Virus record (IMG/VR): IMGVR_UViG_3300030397_001117 | Location: 1-37,663 of that record | DNA length: 37,663 nucleotides | Reading direction: 5' to 3' (one strand) | Source: a virus | Lineage: Duplodnaviria; Caudoviricetes | Part shown: positions 36,302 through 37,663 of the stretch, one piece after another | Layout of the letters: every line of letters begins with the position of its first letter | Numbering within the stretch: the stretch's first letter is position 1 | Notes under the pieces: model-generated | Seen by the model: the letters and a program-made list of their open reading frames with translations, nothing else | Database searches by the model: none | What the model was told of the DNA's origin: nothing | Translations under genes and position numbers: made by a program

Positions 36302-36577
36302 ATGGCTGTATATAACGAACAAACCATGTTCAAGTTGACCCTAAACACCCACATAGATCTTACGGGTGCAACTGTCACAGATATAAAGTATGTGAAGCCA
36401 AATGGTGTCACCGGAGAATGGAACGGTACTGTAGTAGAAGGAACTAAGATTGAATACCAAGTCACTCATGGCGATCTGGATGATGTAGGGCTCTGGAAAT
36501 TTCAAGCCGTAGTAATAAGAAACGGTGAGACAGGATTGGGTGAGATCAAGCAGGTACAAATAGATCAGAGGTTATGA
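36302..36577 (+). CDS. BppU-N-like Ig-fold adaptor protein
   Basis: IDLTGAT...KPNG, IEY....GDLD.VG.WKFQ.VV. Confidence 0.7.
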   Translation: MAVYNEQTMFKLTLNTHIDLTGATVTDIKYVKPNGVTGEWNGTVVEGTKIEYQVTHGDLDDVGLWKFQAVVIRNGETGLGEIKQVQIDQRL

Positions 36578-36870
36578 CAGCAAAGGAGTTTCTACAAGAA
36601 ATAGTTGAAAAGGGAAACGGCTTCCCAACGATAGAGGGTTTTGAGCCAGATAATTGGGTGTACCTGATGGAGTCCTACGCCGAGCACAAGCTAAGAGAAA
36701 GGTGGATAAGTGTAGAGGATAGAAAACCGATAAAGGATGATGGGGATGAGTGGGGAGATGTGCTAGTTGTTTGGGGTGACGGAAGCTGTGAGGTACTTGC
36801 CTATAAAGCCTTTGAAATATATGAATATCCTGAACCCAAACACTGGATGCTATTGCCACCAAAACCATAA
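36574..36870 (+). CDS. DUF551-like phage protein
   Basis: WISVEDRKP ... VLV ... HWM.LP.KP. Confidence 0.8.
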   Translation: MTAKEFLQEIVEKGNGFPTIEGFEPDNWVYLMESYAEHKLRERWISVEDRKPIKDDGDEWGDVLVVWGDGSCEVLAYKAFEIYEYPEPKHWMLLPPKP

Positions 36871-36873
36871 AGA

Positions 36874-37047
36874 ATGAAGAAGAAAATAGCTTATAGAGTA
36901 ACAGGCACGCTTCACGGAGCTTTGTGTATTGCAGGCAGTGAAGGTGAAGCAAGAAGGATGTTTCATAAAAGATATAATGGTGAGAGTATCATCAATGTAA
37001 GAAAACCTTCTGATCCGCTACGAGTACAACCATGTGACTATGAATGA
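36874..37047 (+). CDS. 57-aa hypothetical protein (not in ORF track)
   Basis: MKKKIAYRV...; fills the gap and overlaps the next start. Confidence 0.55.
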   Translation: MKKKIAYRVTGTLHGALCIAGSEGEARRMFHKRYNGESIINVRKPSDPLRVQPCDYE

Positions 37048-37231
37048 ATACCGAATGGCCTTTATTATATACGCCTTCTTTCAAGGATGTTGCCTATTGG
37101 TATACAAGAATACTGAAGAGCCCTGGCATTTGTACGCGCCTATGATCGGATACATAATAGCGGTATCAGGCATTAAGCTTTTGGATATTATTGAAACAGT
37201 TATAAACGAATCGGATGGAACAGAGATCTAA
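37040..37231 (+). CDS. Small 2-TM membrane protein
   Basis: Two hydrophobic segments. Confidence 0.55.
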   Translation: MNEYRMAFIIYAFFQGCCLLVYKNTEEPWHLYAPMIGYIIAVSGIKLLDIIETVINESDGTEI

Positions 37232-37592
37232 TACTCAGGCCGAAAGGCAGTTACCCACATTGCCAGAAATGCCTTACAGATTCTATTCTGGGAATGAGGA
37301 TCACATACACTATTCTTTCCTAGATGGTGTTCAAGTTAATCGCGAAATGTCTACTCAGAAACGAGGGAATATTTTAATTATAGAATCCATGCACCTCGCA
37401 ACAGAATCACCAACTCCTCCAATAAACCTCAAGGTAGGTGATATCCGTCTCTGGGATTTTAAAAGAGTGTTAGAGCCGAATCTTGGAATTCTATATCGTA
37501 GCCATGTCAAACTAATTCGATATAACTGGAGAGTCACACCAGGAAGTAATAAGACGGCAGTACTAATATTTAGAATAGAAAGAATTGAATAA
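37215..37592 (+). CDS. Hypothetical protein
   Basis: 125-aa ORF overlapping the previous gene. Confidence 0.6.
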   Translation: MEQRSNTQAERQLPTLPEMPYRFYSGNEDHIHYSFLDGVQVNREMSTQKRGNILIIESMHLATESPTPPINLKVGDIRLWDFKRVLEPNLGILYRSHVKLIRYNWRVTPGSNKTAVLIFRIERIE

Positions 37593-37646
37593 CCCGGGGG
37601 CTTGTGAAATCTCTGAAGAAGAGATCCTTACGATCGCCCGCCTGCG
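37593..37646 (+). other. Putative cos region
   Basis: CCCGGGGG..GAAATCTCT followed by GC-rich GATCGCCCG, resembling the motif upstream of terS in HK97/P27-type cos phages; circularly adjacent to terS. Confidence 0.55.
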
Positions 37647-37663
37647 GATCGTGACTGGGAAAC
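37647..37663 (-). other. Random-amplification primer (reverse complement); library artefact
   Basis: GATCGTGACTGGGAAAC. Confidence 0.95.

Noticed and set aside
589-37592. Stop-codon reassignment or introns/inteins
   Set aside because: Core genes are full length under code 11 with tight coupling, and TerL, portal and capsid have normal sizes
1-37663. Perfect 17-bp terminal inverted repeats suggesting a transposon or protein-primed linear genome
   Set aside because: The sequence is the known random-PCR primer tag, and there is no transposase or protein-primed polymerase

Overview
Near-complete (about 37.6 kb) linear genome of a temperate HK97-fold siphovirus. It is flanked by the 17-nt random-amplification primer GTTTCCCAGTCACGATC at both ends, which is a library artefact. 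The host is inferred to be a Bacteroidota, from TAnnTTTG promoters, A-rich SD-less start regions, signal peptides followed by Gln, an IntDOT-like integrase and an attP core resembling a tRNA-Arg 3' end. Gene order: terS (5'-truncated), terL, portal, protease, capsid, head-tail joining, tail tube, G/GT chaperone with a GGGAAAG -1 frameshift, tape measure, tail tip, a 1641-aa fibre/depolymerase, two holins, a leftward immunity operon, the genetic switch, early/replication genes, integrase, an intact attP, endolysin, a spanin-like gene, HNH, a three-gene fibre cassette, small genes and a cos-like motif. The most unusual observations are: (1) the fibre gene encodes an apparent Sec signal peptide and many host O-glycosylation sequons; (2) an unannotated 22-aa peptide gene with its own promoter follows a 2-TM protein in the immunity operon; (3) a fibre cassette with a strict 20-aa repeat sits between HNH and cos; (4) a tRNA-like mini-structure lies in a structured early leader; (5) a candidate beta-barrel-type single-protein spanin. 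Family names come from motif recognition by eye, and no database searches were run.
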